DNA from: Parcubacteria group bacterium
Lineage (GTDB): Bacteria; Patescibacteriota; Minisyncoccia; Phycocordibacterales; DATDWN01
Reading direction: 5' to 3'
Length of the DNA: 52,162 bases
NCBI GenBank assembly: GCA_040079825.1
Contig: JBEBJP010000001.1
Location: 1-52,162 of the forward strand
The notes under the pieces are model-generated. The model was not told the DNA's origin. It saw nothing but the letters and a program-made list of their open reading frames with translations, and did no database searches. Below are positions 1 to 10,861 of this stretch, in pieces. Every line of letters starts with the position of its first letter. Position 1 is the first letter of the stretch. The translations under genes and the position numbers were made by a program.

Positions 1-1085
<1,085 letters not shown>

Positions 1086-1212
1086 TTAAAATCTTGTTGA
1101 CTCATAAGTTTTTTGGAGACTTCACAGGCAGGTAGCCGAGACTGAGGAAAATCGTACCAACGATTTATCCATGCTCCAAAAAACTTATGAGAAAAAAGAG
1201 ATTTTGATCATG

Positions 1213-1605
1213 TTATTGAATAATCGCTAAGATATTTTCTTCTTTAATAAGAAAGAAATCTTGTCCGTCGACTTTTATATCCTCGTACCCGTATTTTGAA
1301 AAAGCCACCTTATCTCCAACTTTTACACCAATAGCCACCAACTTACCCTCTCTATATTCACCTGGACCAACAGCCACGACCACTCCTTGGTCGGATTTCT
1401 CTTTTGAATCACTGTTAGGAAGTATGAGGCCAAAGCTGTTTTTAGGCTCAAGTTCTTCTTTTGTATATGGTTTTATTAGCACTCTACTACCCAAAGGCCT
1501 AACACCTGTTTCGTTACCAAAGGACTTAACCAATGATTTTAATGTCTTGGACTTGTTTATATTTTTAATGACTTTTTTGGCTGGATTTTTTTTAGTTTTT
1601 TTCAT
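1213..1605 (-). CDS. groES: Co-chaperonin GroES with ~30-aa Lys-rich N-terminal extension
   Basis: 130 aa. The C-terminal ~95 aa are GroES-like (VRPLGSRVLIKP...GVVVAVGPG...VGDKVAFSKYG). A TTGACT-17-TATAAT promoter-like box lies upstream on the minus strand (~1640-1680). Confidence 0.9.
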   Translation of the reverse strand: MKKTKKNPAKKVIKNINKSKTLKSLVKSFGNETGVRPLGSRVLIKPYTKEELEPKNSFGLILPNSDSKEKSDQGVVVAVGPGEYREGKLVAIGVKVGDKVAFSKYGYEDIKVDGQDFFLIKEENILAIIQ

Positions 1606-1729
1606 ATGGATATACTACATTATAGTTACTAAACAATCCTCTTTGACCGGCATTATAATGACCAATACAAGGAGAGTCAAATATGAAGATATTTGCATCT
1701 TTCTGTAATTCTGGTACCATAAAACCATT

Positions 1730-1960
1730 ATGAGTATTACTGAAATTATTCCGTATGCTCAGATTGTACTATCTGTACTTCTTATTATAGGAGTACTTCT
1801 ACAACAGTCTGACGCTGGTCTAGGTAGTGGTTTTGGCGGAGGAGACGGGTTCTCATCTGGCCACCACACAAAACGAGGTGCAGAGAAGACAATATTTATC
1901 GCAACTATCGTTGTGGCTATTGTTCTTGTCTCTACTACTTTCAGCCTACTACTCATCTAA
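1730..1960 (+). CDS. secG: Preprotein translocase subunit SecG
   Basis: 76 aa with two hydrophobic helices flanking a Gly-rich loop (GLGSGFGGGDGFSSG), which is the typical SecG architecture. Confidence 0.75.
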   Translation: MSITEIIPYAQIVLSVLLIIGVLLQQSDAGLGSGFGGGDGFSSGHHTKRGAEKTIFIATIVVAIVLVSTTFSLLLI

Positions 1961-2118
1961 GACTTTCTAATTTAGCGTATTTCTTTGTCGCTTCAATTTT
2001 TTGGTTCCACCCGCAGTAGTTTTCTACAGCTTGGTAACCAAAAGATCTCGCTTCGCGAACTGCATCTAAATTAATAAGTTTAGAAAATTTAAAATTAAAT
2101 ATCATTTAAACCTCTATC

Positions 2119-3867
2119 GTGAACAGAGAAACTCTGAAAAATCTCGTCAAAAAAGAATGGCGACTACCATACTCGGATAAAGTAATGAGAATCATTAATG
2201 ATTTTTCTATTACTGAAAAAGTATTCTTTTTTACATTTGTGGCCATCTTTGTTGTAAGTGGTCTGTCTCTTTTATATAGAGTAAACAAACTTTTCCAAAT
2301 AGAAGTACCAGACTACGGAGGAAGTTTGACTGAGGGTGTAATAGGTTCACCACGTTTTATAAATCCTCTTTTAGCTACTAGTGATGTAGACAAAGATTTA
2401 TCTTCTTTGATCTACTCAGGATTACTTAGAACAACAGCGACAGGCGAGTTGGTTCCTGACTTGGCAGAAAGTTATGAAGTATCAGAAGATGCTACGACTT
2501 ACACAGTAAAACTAAAAGATAATGCTTATTTCCACGACGGCACAAGACTAACTGTTGATGATGTTATATTCACTATCGAAAAAGCTCAAGACAGAAATCT
2601 AAAAAGCCCACGTGGAGCCAACTGGGACGGAGTAAAGATAGAAAAAATCAGTGAAAATGAAATAGCTTTTATTTTAAAGCAACCATACTCACCTTTTATA
2701 CAAAACCTAACATTAGGAATATTACCTAAGCATATTTGGAAATCTGCTTCAGTAGAAGAATTCCCATTTAGTCAGTTCAACACAAAACCAATTGGTTCTG
2801 GACCTTACAAAATAGATACGATTTCTTATAATTCGAGCGGACTACCGACAGAATACCACCTAAAGTCTTTCGGAGAATATACTCAAGGAAAACCTTTTAT
2901 CACGAATATAATAATTAAATCCTACCAAAACGAAAAGGCAGTTACTGATGCATACAAAAACGGAGATATACAAGGTCTACACAGTATTTCACCAAAACAA
3001 CTCTCAAGTTTAAAAATCCCAGCAGGAGACTTGGTTCTTACTCCACTATCCAGAATATTTGGTGTGTTCTTTAACCAAAATGTAGCAACTGTTTTTGTTA
3101 ACAAAGAAGTTAGACTGGCTTTGGAAACAGCAACAGACAAACAAGCTATAATCGACCAAATACTTCAGGGTTACGGTGAACCTATAGATAGCCCTATTCC
3201 AATAACCCAAAAGAGTTCTAACACATCCAACGCAACCAACACAGAAGATAGAATAGAAAAAGCAAAAAGTATTTTAACAAAAAGTGGTTGGGTTCAAAAT
3301 GAAGACGGTGTATTCCAAAAGAAAGACAGGAAAGGCACAGTGACGCTATCCTTCTCTATCTCAACAGGAGACGCCCCAGAATTAAAAGAAACTGCCTATC
3401 TACTTCAGAAACAATGGCAAAAACTTGGAGCAGTAGTGGAAGTAAAGATATTTGAGATCGGGGACTTGAATCAAGACATTATCAAAACTAGAAAATACGA
3501 TTCTCTACTTTTCGGAGAAATCATTGGTAGGGATTTGGATCTGTATCCATTCTGGCATTCATCAGCAAGAAACTCCCCTGGTCTAAATATCGCAATGTAT
3601 ACAAATTTGAAAGCAGACAAGATTCTAGAAAATATCAGAAAAACAACAGACGAAGAAACTCAAAAAGAACAATTTCAGAAATTCGACAGTGAAATAAAAA
3701 ATGACATTCCAGCAATACTGACATACTCACCTTACTTTATATATATAGTTCCACATAAAGTTAAAAATATTTCTTTGGAGACACTCACCAACTCTTCTGA
3801 AAGATTCAATGACGTTTTCAAGTGGTATATAGAAACAAATAACGTTTGGAAAATATTTGCAAAATAA
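2119..3867 (+). CDS. ABC transporter substrate-binding protein, family 5 (peptide/oligosaccharide OppA/DppA-like), membrane anchored
   Basis: 582 aa, GTG start, N-terminal TM helix. Length and motifs fit the SBP_bac_5 family (GSPRFINPLLA, YTVKLKDNAYFHDG). Confidence 0.7.
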   Translation: MNRETLKNLVKKEWRLPYSDKVMRIINDFSITEKVFFFTFVAIFVVSGLSLLYRVNKLFQIEVPDYGGSLTEGVIGSPRFINPLLATSDVDKDLSSLIYSGLLRTTATGELVPDLAESYEVSEDATTYTVKLKDNAYFHDGTRLTVDDVIFTIEKAQDRNLKSPRGANWDGVKIEKISENEIAFILKQPYSPFIQNLTLGILPKHIWKSASVEEFPFSQFNTKPIGSGPYKIDTISYNSSGLPTEYHLKSFGEYTQGKPFITNIIIKSYQNEKAVTDAYKNGDIQGLHSISPKQLSSLKIPAGDLVLTPLSRIFGVFFNQNVATVFVNKEVRLALETATDKQAIIDQILQGYGEPIDSPIPITQKSSNTSNATNTEDRIEKAKSILTKSGWVQNEDGVFQKKDRKGTVTLSFSISTGDAPELKETAYLLQKQWQKLGAVVEVKIFEIGDLNQDIIKTRKYDSLLFGEIIGRDLDLYPFWHSSARNSPGLNIAMYTNLKADKILENIRKTTDEETQKEQFQKFDSEIKNDIPAILTYSPYFIYIVPHKVKNISLETLTNSSERFNDVFKWYIETNNVWKIFAK

Positions 3868-3896
3868 TTATAAATTAAAAAATTAATAAAAATAAA

Positions 3897-5753
3897 ATGG
3901 AAAATCAAACAGAAAATCAAAATGATAGTCAGAGCACAACAGCAACTCCAGTTACAGGAGCACCGAGATCTCATGCTTCTCGAGGACCAAGATCTTTTCA
4001 AAAGAGATCTTATTCTCCTAGAAGTACTCCTATGAGAAGTGCAAAGAAAGTGGACGATGTTATACCACCTATAGGAGATAATATTCGTATTATTCCGCTT
4101 GGAGGTGTAGAAGAGATCGGAAGAAACATGACAATGGTTGAATACAAGAACGACATTATAGTTGTCGACATGGGTTTTCAGTTCAAAGACGATGACACCC
4201 CAGGCGTAGACTATATTTTGCCAAACATAAAATACCTTGAAGACAGAAAAGATAAGATTCGCGCAGTTTTCATAACTCACGGACACTTGGACCACATCGG
4301 CGGTATTCCATACATCATGGACCGAATAGGAAATCCACCTCTATATACTAGAGCGCTAACTTCTATAATGGTAAAGAAGCGACAAGAAGAGTTTCCACAT
4401 CTTCCAAGTCTAGACATAAAAGTAGTTGAAAAAGCAGATACAGTAGTATTCAACGACTTAAAAGTTAGATTTTTTGCTGTAACTCATACAATTCCAGACT
4501 CTATGGGTCTTATTATTGATACACCTTACGGTTGTGTAGTAACTCCTGGAGATATAAAACTTGACCATGTTGACGGTGTTCCAACAGAAGCAGAAGACAA
4601 AGAGTTTGGAAGATTCAAAGATGAAAATGTTCTTTTGCTTATGATGGATTCTACAAACGTAGACAATCCAGGATTTTCTACACCAGAAAGAATCGTGCAT
4701 GAAAACCTAGATAACATTATAAAAAATACAAAAGGAAGACTTGTTATTGGTACTTTCGCTTCACAACTAGAGCGCGTGATGAAAATCATCATGATCGCTG
4801 AAAAATACGGAAAGAAAGTTGTGGTAGAAGGTAGAAGTATGAAAAACAACATCGAGATTGTTCTTCATGTTGGAATGCTTAAAGTAAAACCAGAAACAAT
4901 AATCACTAATGCCGAAATGGACAACTACCCTCCAGATAGAGTGATAGTTCTAGCTACTGGAGCACAAGGAGATGAATTCGCTGCATTGATGAGAATGTCT
5001 AACAAGACTCACAAATACTTTAAACTAACTCCTAGAGACACAGTTCTACTTTCTTCTTCTATTATTCCAGGAAACGAAAAGGCAGTACAGAAACTTAAAG
5101 ACAACCTAGCTCGCCAAGGTGCAAAAATAATTCACTACCGAACTTCTGACGTATATATCCACTCAACAGGACACGGAAACAGAGGAGAGCTCGAGTGGCT
5201 ACACAAGAAAATCGGTGCAAAGTTCTTTATGCCTATGCACGGAACACACTACATGCTTAGAGTTCACGAGGATTTAGCAACTTCCGTAATAGGTATGCCG
5301 AAAGAAAATATCATAGTTCCAGATAACGGATGTATTCTAGAAATCCAAAATGAAGGCAAAAACTTTGTTCGCCTAAAAGAACAAGCTCCGGACGTTATTA
5401 TGACCGTAGACGGATTCTCTGTTGGAAACGTTCAGGAAATGGTTATGAGAGACAGAAAAATGCTAGCGCAAGACGGAATATTCGTGATTGTAGTTAGTAT
5501 AAATACCAGAACAGGTAAACTAAAGAAATCTCCAGATATCATCGCCAGAGGTTTCGTATATCTAAGAGAATCCCAAGACTTGCTTTCAGCAACTAGAATG
5601 ATCATAAAGAAAACTGTAGAAGACACAACTCGAGGTATGAACCCAATAAACTTTGATTTTGTTAAATCAAATCTAGCGGACGACGTTGGAAGATACCTGT
5701 TCCAGAAAACAGCAAAGAAACCTATCGTGATCCCAGTAATACTCGGTGTCTAA
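3897..5753 (+). CDS. rnj: Ribonuclease J (metallo-beta-lactamase/beta-CASP)
   Basis: 618 aa with the HxHxDH motif ITHGHLDHIGG, a beta-CASP region and a C-terminal domain. There is a Ser/Arg-rich N-terminal extension of ~55 aa. Confidence 0.9.
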   Translation: MENQTENQNDSQSTTATPVTGAPRSHASRGPRSFQKRSYSPRSTPMRSAKKVDDVIPPIGDNIRIIPLGGVEEIGRNMTMVEYKNDIIVVDMGFQFKDDDTPGVDYILPNIKYLEDRKDKIRAVFITHGHLDHIGGIPYIMDRIGNPPLYTRALTSIMVKKRQEEFPHLPSLDIKVVEKADTVVFNDLKVRFFAVTHTIPDSMGLIIDTPYGCVVTPGDIKLDHVDGVPTEAEDKEFGRFKDENVLLLMMDSTNVDNPGFSTPERIVHENLDNIIKNTKGRLVIGTFASQLERVMKIIMIAEKYGKKVVVEGRSMKNNIEIVLHVGMLKVKPETIITNAEMDNYPPDRVIVLATGAQGDEFAALMRMSNKTHKYFKLTPRDTVLLSSSIIPGNEKAVQKLKDNLARQGAKIIHYRTSDVYIHSTGHGNRGELEWLHKKIGAKFFMPMHGTHYMLRVHEDLATSVIGMPKENIIVPDNGCILEIQNEGKNFVRLKEQAPDVIMTVDGFSVGNVQEMVMRDRKMLAQDGIFVIVVSINTRTGKLKKSPDIIARGFVYLRESQDLLSATRMIIKKTVEDTTRGMNPINFDFVKSNLADDVGRYLFQKTAKKPIVIPVILGV

Positions 5754-5780
5754 AAATAATAAACTTCGAAAAAATAAAAT

Positions 5781-5807
5781 AACCCCTAAACTAGGGGTTA
5801 TTTTATT
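5781..5807 (+). terminator. Rho-independent terminator after rnj
   Basis: 8-bp stem AACCCCTA/TAGGGGTT with a 3-nt loop, followed by a T-rich run. Confidence 0.75.
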
Positions 5808-5809
5808 AC

Positions 5810-5839
5810 TTGACAAAATGGCATTAAACATGATATAAT
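5810..5839 (+). promoter_or_regulatory. Consensus sigma70-type promoter of GC-rich cassette 1
   Basis: TTGACA (5810-5815), 18-nt spacer, TATAAT (5834-5839). The GC-rich sequence starts right after the -10 box. Confidence 0.65.
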
Positions 5840-5902
5840 GCGCGTAGAAGCTAAGAGATGGACTCTTGGCACACAATCCGCGCGATGCCTATAAGGAGGC
5901 AC

Positions 5903-6244
5903 ATGATGGAAAGGAAGCTCTCTCACGTTCTGCTCGACCTCGGACTCTTCTGTGCGCTCGGTACAACCGAGCGCAGTGGTGTGGAACTGAAGTTGGTGAA
6001 GAAGGGTATGCCCTACACCACAGACACCAACAACGGTGTCTCAGTGGTGTACGACGAGGCCGGAAGGCCCTGGGTCATGAGACTCCAGGAAGCAGGCTCG
6101 CTCGGCTACCCCGGCAAGGAGATCCAGGCCTGCCTGGACGAGAACGGAAAAGAGCTCAAGCGGGGGGCTTACGTCCCCCACTCAAACGACGGCGGACACT
6201 TCATGCGAGAGGTCCTCCCGATGATCCTCCGCAGTGTGGGGTGA
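5903..6244 (+). CDS. Hypothetical protein (113 aa), GC-rich foreign-looking cassette
   Basis: SD AAGGAGG at 5893-5899 precedes ATGATG. There is a strong G/C third-position bias in this frame. Its own promoter and a terminator-like hairpin plus T-run (~6281-6316) flank it. I recognised no family. Confidence 0.55.
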   Translation: MMERKLSHVLLDLGLFCALGTTERSGVELKLVKKGMPYTTDTNNGVSVVYDEAGRPWVMRLQEAGSLGYPGKEIQACLDENGKELKRGAYVPHSNDGGHFMREVLPMILRSVG

Positions 6245-6343
6245 ACAATTAAGAGTTTATCGTTCTGTATACTGAACGGTCCGCCCCTAGCTCGAAGAGT
6301 TGAGGGCGTTTTCTTTTTAACAAACTTTTTTTAAGATATAATA

Positions 6344-7525
6344 TTGTACATGGATAAACTATTAGTACCTTTTAGACAAGGTAAATTATTGAATACTCTT
6401 TTTTTAGCAAATATTTTTATATCTCTTCATTACGCACTTATTGTTTATGTGAACTCTTCTTTTCTAAGTAACTTTTTCTCTGAAACCCAAGTATCCGCTC
6501 TTTATATAATGGGAGCAGTTATGGAAATAATCCTCCTTATCAACGCTTCAAAGATTCTCCAAAAACTAGGAAGTTATAAATTTATAACCCTAACCATAAT
6601 ACTCGAACTTCTCTCCCTGGTAGGAATACTTTCAACAACTAGCAGTTTTTTTGTTAGTTTTTATTTTTTGATACATATTTTTTCAGTCTCACTCATTGCA
6701 TTTAACATGGATGTTTTTATTGAAGCTATTTCTCAAAATGAAGAAAGTACAGGAGGCATAAGAGGTTCGTATCTAACTCTAAGCAACATAGCTTTTGTTC
6801 TGTCGCCACTTATAGTTGCGTTTATCGTCACAGATAGCGACTATACTTTTGTTTACTTGTTGTCTGCAACACTACTTATTCCCCTATTCTCTCTAATGAA
6901 AAAACTAAAAAAAGTTTCTCCTCCAAATATAAAACACATAGATGTGAGACAAACCATATCAGAATATACAAAGGACAAGGACCTGTACAACATATTCTTT
7001 TGTCAGTTCACTCTGCAGATGTTTTATTCCTACATGATTATCTATGTTCCAATATATCTCAAAAACAATATCGGTTTCTCGTGGGAAGAAATAGGTATTA
7101 TGTTTACCATAATGTTACTACCTTTTGTTTTATTTGAACTACCTGTTGGAGAGCTAGAAGATATGAAATATGGTGAAAAGGAATTCCTAACAGGTGGATT
7201 TGCAATAATGAGTATGGCAACTGTTTTTATAAGTTTTGTAACAGTCAAAGTATTTTGGATCTGGGCTTTTATTTTGTTCGTATCCAGAATCGGGGCAAGT
7301 TTGGTAGAAATAAGTACCGAAAGTTATTTCTTTAAACATGTTGATAAAGATAAAACGGATATTATCAGCTTCTTTCGCATTACGCGCCCTCTTTCCTATA
7401 TTGTAACTCCAGTACTCGCAACTATAGCCTTACAGTTTATGCCCTTCCAATATATTTTTATAGTTATTGGAGGAATAGTTATTATTGGAGCACACTACTC
7501 TATGGACCTCAGGGATACGAAGTAG
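6344..7525 (+). CDS. MFS-type transporter (about 12 TM helices)
   Basis: 393 aa and hydrophobic throughout, with a central loop. The start is TTG at 6344 or ATG at 6350. Confidence 0.65.
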   Translation: MYMDKLLVPFRQGKLLNTLFLANIFISLHYALIVYVNSSFLSNFFSETQVSALYIMGAVMEIILLINASKILQKLGSYKFITLTIILELLSLVGILSTTSSFFVSFYFLIHIFSVSLIAFNMDVFIEAISQNEESTGGIRGSYLTLSNIAFVLSPLIVAFIVTDSDYTFVYLLSATLLIPLFSLMKKLKKVSPPNIKHIDVRQTISEYTKDKDLYNIFFCQFTLQMFYSYMIIYVPIYLKNNIGFSWEEIGIMFTIMLLPFVLFELPVGELEDMKYGEKEFLTGGFAIMSMATVFISFVTVKVFWIWAFILFVSRIGASLVEISTESYFFKHVDKDKTDIISFFRITRPLSYIVTPVLATIALQFMPFQYIFIVIGGIVIIGAHYSMDLRDTK

Positions 7526-9430
7526 CTATTTTGTAAAGATATCTAAGATATCTTTTATCTTCATAGAAGCAACATCAACAACAGTATCTGCTCCTCCATA
7601 ATACATATAAATATATCCATTTCTGACCACTGCACCGCAAGGAAATACCACATAGTTTACTTGACCGTCTATCTCATAAGCCTCTCTTGGTTCAAAAATA
7701 GGATCTGTCGTCCTAAATAAAACCTTTGTTGGATCTTTCAAGTCTAACAAAACTGCACCAACTCTATATCTAGATCTTCCAGAAACACCATGATAAAGAA
7801 GTAACCAACCTTTTTCTGTTTTTATAGGAGGCACGGATATTCCAACTTTAACTGAATCCCACATACCAGCACGAGCTTTTATTATTGGAATATTTTTGAA
7901 ACTATTTCTTTCTGGAAATGCAGGTGAAGAACCAAAATCCCCACAAATATAGTTGTTAACTCTGTGGAATAAAAAGTATTTGCCATCTACCTTTTCTGGG
8001 TGTAAACACCCGTCTTTGTCGTCTACTCCATCCGCTGTCACTACTACAGGTTTCGTCCAGTTCCACTTTCTCTTTTTGAAATCACCCACAGAGATTGAGC
8101 TCATAGCGACAGCAGGAGGAGTGATGCCGTTATACGCAGTGTAGTAAAGATATATAGTATTTCCGATTTGTGTCAGTCTCGGATCTTCACAACCAGAATT
8201 TCCGTTTGGAACACCTTTGCTTTCAAAAGACTCTTTAGGAACGTACACTGGCTTGTCACCTATGTAAGAAATGTCTGTTCCGTTTATACTCTCTGCCAAT
8301 CCAATAACCGAAGTATTATCGTTGCCCATCGCCCTATATAAAATCCTTACAACACCACCCACATCTATTGCAGCTGGATTGAAAATAGCTTTTTCTTCCC
8401 AAGGTATGTTTTTTCTAGGCTTCATCAAAGCTCCCTCGCCTATTCTATGAAAACCTATTTCTCTGTATGGATATTCCATTACATCCAAAAGTTCGTCTAG
8501 ACCGACCGTAGCCAAAGCAACTGTCGTATCTGTTGCTCCATAATAAATATAAAGTTTATTATTTTTTATTAGAGCACCACTTGGAAATATTGTGTTGCCA
8601 ATTATTCCATTTTTCTCATATGGTTCTTCTGGAACAAGCAGTGCACCTCTCGTCTTGCCTATTATTTTTCTAGGATCATTTAGATCTAGTAGATATGCTT
8701 CTATAGCAAAAACTCTATTTGAAGAAGCATGGTTTTGTATTCTACAACAAACAAGTAACCAGCCTCTGTCTGTTTTTATAGGACAACTACCTATTTCTAT
8801 TCTGTCATGATCATCACCTTTTATAAAAATATGCTTGTCGAGTTTGTCATACCATTTCTTCCAATACTTCTGGTCAAACATGTCATCTAGTTTGTTAAAC
8901 TCTGCTATAGCCATGTGTGTTGGCAGACGATCTGGATTAACAGTCAAAAGTGCCATGTACTTACCACCTATTTTTTCAGGAAACAGACACATTGCTTTTG
9001 CGTTAAATGGAGTTATGAGATGTTTTGACTCAATCTTCTTCATGTCCTTGCTTATAGCGAGACCAACTTTTATCCCTTCTGGGATATTCAGTGGAAAAGC
9101 AGAAAGAGCTGTATAAAAAATATAATACTTACCATCTACTTTTGTAACACGAGGGTCTTCACATCCATATCTCTCCCAAGAATGTTCTGGCTCAATAAAA
9201 ACTTCTCGATTTTTAAATTTAACACCATCCTTACTCACCGCTTTTCCTATAACAGACATAGAGAAGGTTTTATCATCTATTCTTTCAGGACAACACTGTG
9301 CCCTGTATACCATATGAATATCTTTTTTTATTTCTATTGGATTTCCATTGAATACAGCATAATTCTCGAAAGAGTTTTCTGATTGAGGTTCTAGTATTGG
9401 ATTATTTTTACTTCTTTTTACAACTAACAT
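7526..9430 (-). CDS. Tandem GH130/DUF377-type glycoside phosphorylase/hydrolase (two beta-propeller modules)
   Basis: 634 aa. Two repeats of the COG2152/GH130 pattern are present (VFNGNPI...YRA...GCEDPRVTKVDGKYYIFYTA and IFNPAAI...LYRAMG...GCEDPRLTQIGNTIYLYYTAY). Confidence 0.75.
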   Translation of the reverse strand: MLVVKRSKNNPILEPQSENSFENYAVFNGNPIEIKKDIHMVYRAQCCPERIDDKTFSMSVIGKAVSKDGVKFKNREVFIEPEHSWERYGCEDPRVTKVDGKYYIFYTALSAFPLNIPEGIKVGLAISKDMKKIESKHLITPFNAKAMCLFPEKIGGKYMALLTVNPDRLPTHMAIAEFNKLDDMFDQKYWKKWYDKLDKHIFIKGDDHDRIEIGSCPIKTDRGWLLVCCRIQNHASSNRVFAIEAYLLDLNDPRKIIGKTRGALLVPEEPYEKNGIIGNTIFPSGALIKNNKLYIYYGATDTTVALATVGLDELLDVMEYPYREIGFHRIGEGALMKPRKNIPWEEKAIFNPAAIDVGGVVRILYRAMGNDNTSVIGLAESINGTDISYIGDKPVYVPKESFESKGVPNGNSGCEDPRLTQIGNTIYLYYTAYNGITPPAVAMSSISVGDFKKRKWNWTKPVVVTADGVDDKDGCLHPEKVDGKYFLFHRVNNYICGDFGSSPAFPERNSFKNIPIIKARAGMWDSVKVGISVPPIKTEKGWLLLYHGVSGRSRYRVGAVLLDLKDPTKVLFRTTDPIFEPREAYEIDGQVNYVVFPCGAVVRNGYIYMYYGGADTVVDVASMKIKDILDIFTK

Positions 9431-9435
9431 AGTTT

Positions 9436-10809
9436 TTATAAACTTTCTCTAAGTATATCAGGATATTTATTAAAAATCATAACAACTAATTCCCCAAATA
9501 AAGAATTTGCCCAACCAAACCATGGCCTAGTATAGTCTTTCGGATTATCGACACTGATACTCTCATGCATAAAATAAGTTCCAGCATGAGTATTTTTCAA
9601 AGTCTTAAGACAATATACAATCTCTTCTTTATTTTCTGATGTTAAGGCTTGTATGATAGTTGCTAATGGCCAAAAATGAGTGAGGACTCCAGTATGTGGA
9701 CTTGTTAAACCTTGAGCTATTTTCCCTTCCGCATAATAGGGATTACTTCTGCCTAATATTAATTTTCTTGTTGAAAGATAAACTGGATCATCAAAAGAAC
9801 AATACCCAAGATAAGGTAGACTTAACAAACTTGGAACATTTGGATCATCCATGATGTAATGTGAACCAAATCCATCTACCTCGTAGGCAAAAACCTTTCC
9901 AAAATCTGGATGATTCACTATGCCAAATTGATTTATACCTCTATCTATTTTATCTGATAATTCGTTAAGCTGATTCGCTAGATCGTTTTTATTTAGTTTT
10001 TCAAATATTCTTGAAACTTTCCTTAGATTAACCACAGCCATAGCATTTGCTGGTATAAGATACGGAAATACAGACTCATCATCTGATGGCCTAAAAACAT
10101 TTCTAACTAATCCACAACTTTTTCCTGGATAACCAAAACCCCTCATTCTTATAGCGGGGTGAAGTTTTTTGTCGGGACCATAAAACTGATACATCTTTTT
10201 CATGGTACCTCTATGAAGAGTCTCTTGTTCTAAGGTCATTACTTCATTTATTTTTATAACAGCTTTTACCCAATCTTTATTAAAAACACTAAGATCGTTT
10301 GTTGATTCTAAATAACCTGATGATAACCTCAAAAAAGCGCATAGACTATCTAGCTCATATTTTCTTTCCCAAACACCTTTTTTCCAAGCATTTCCTTTTG
10401 GTAACCATGGATTTTTTGTTTTTGAATCCTTAACGAAACCGTTAGCATAAGGGTCAAGTAATATATTTTTTACTTGCCTATTAATTAATCCCTGAAAAAG
10501 TTTCTTAATTTTTTCGTATTTATTGACGAATTTTAGATATGGCCAAACTTGATTTGTTGAATCCCTAAGCCACATTGCCGGAATATCACCAGTAGAAACA
10601 AAAGTATCTGGATTACCTTTTTTATCTTCCGAATAATAAACGGTGGTATCTAAAGTATTTGGAAAACATTGCATAAATATCCTTTTTAAGTTTTCATCTA
10701 CAATATTTTCCGAAATTTTTAGAATTTCCTCATCAACAATACCGCTCACAAAAAGTCTGTCCTTTTGTTTTGGACGAGATTTTAGATTCTCAAACTTACT
10801 TTTTTTCAT
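9436..10809 (-). CDS. GH125 (DUF1237) exo-alpha-1,6-mannosidase-like protein
   Basis: 457 aa. It carries the hallmark [15 protein letters not shown] motif, and its size fits family GH125. Confidence 0.7.
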   Translation of the reverse strand: MKKSKFENLKSRPKQKDRLFVSGIVDEEILKISENIVDENLKRIFMQCFPNTLDTTVYYSEDKKGNPDTFVSTGDIPAMWLRDSTNQVWPYLKFVNKYEKIKKLFQGLINRQVKNILLDPYANGFVKDSKTKNPWLPKGNAWKKGVWERKYELDSLCAFLRLSSGYLESTNDLSVFNKDWVKAVIKINEVMTLEQETLHRGTMKKMYQFYGPDKKLHPAIRMRGFGYPGKSCGLVRNVFRPSDDESVFPYLIPANAMAVVNLRKVSRIFEKLNKNDLANQLNELSDKIDRGINQFGIVNHPDFGKVFAYEVDGFGSHYIMDDPNVPSLLSLPYLGYCSFDDPVYLSTRKLILGRSNPYYAEGKIAQGLTSPHTGVLTHFWPLATIIQALTSENKEEIVYCLKTLKNTHAGTYFMHESISVDNPKDYTRPWFGWANSLFGELVVMIFNKYPDILRESL

Positions 10810-10861
10810 ATATAAAGTTTATCATATCTCATCCACAAGTGCCCAATTTACTCTCTTTAAT

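Noticed and set aside
1119-1173. A CTGAGGA (CUGANGA-like) box in the groES-groEL spacer, suggesting a hammerhead ribozyme.
   Set aside because: No GAAA follows the adjacent stem, the motif is on the strand antisense to the operon, and no three-stem junction can be drawn.
1606-1729. I looked for a CIRCE (TTAGCACTC-N9-GAGTGCTAA) operator upstream of groES.
   Set aside because: It is not present. Only a sigma70-like promoter is visible.
1953-2105. A 50-aa minus-strand ORF (MIFNFKFSKLINLDAVREARSFGYQAVENYCGWNQKIEATKKYAKLESLR) with a GAGG 5 nt upstream of its ATG.
   Set aside because: It is below the track threshold, overlaps the secG stop and has no recognisable family. It is plausible but unsupported, so I did not list it as a feature.
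10643-10861. The N-terminal 73 aa of track ORF 10643..11740.
   Set aside because: This part is antisense to the 5' end of the GH125 gene and has an odd composition. The transporter most likely starts at 10862.
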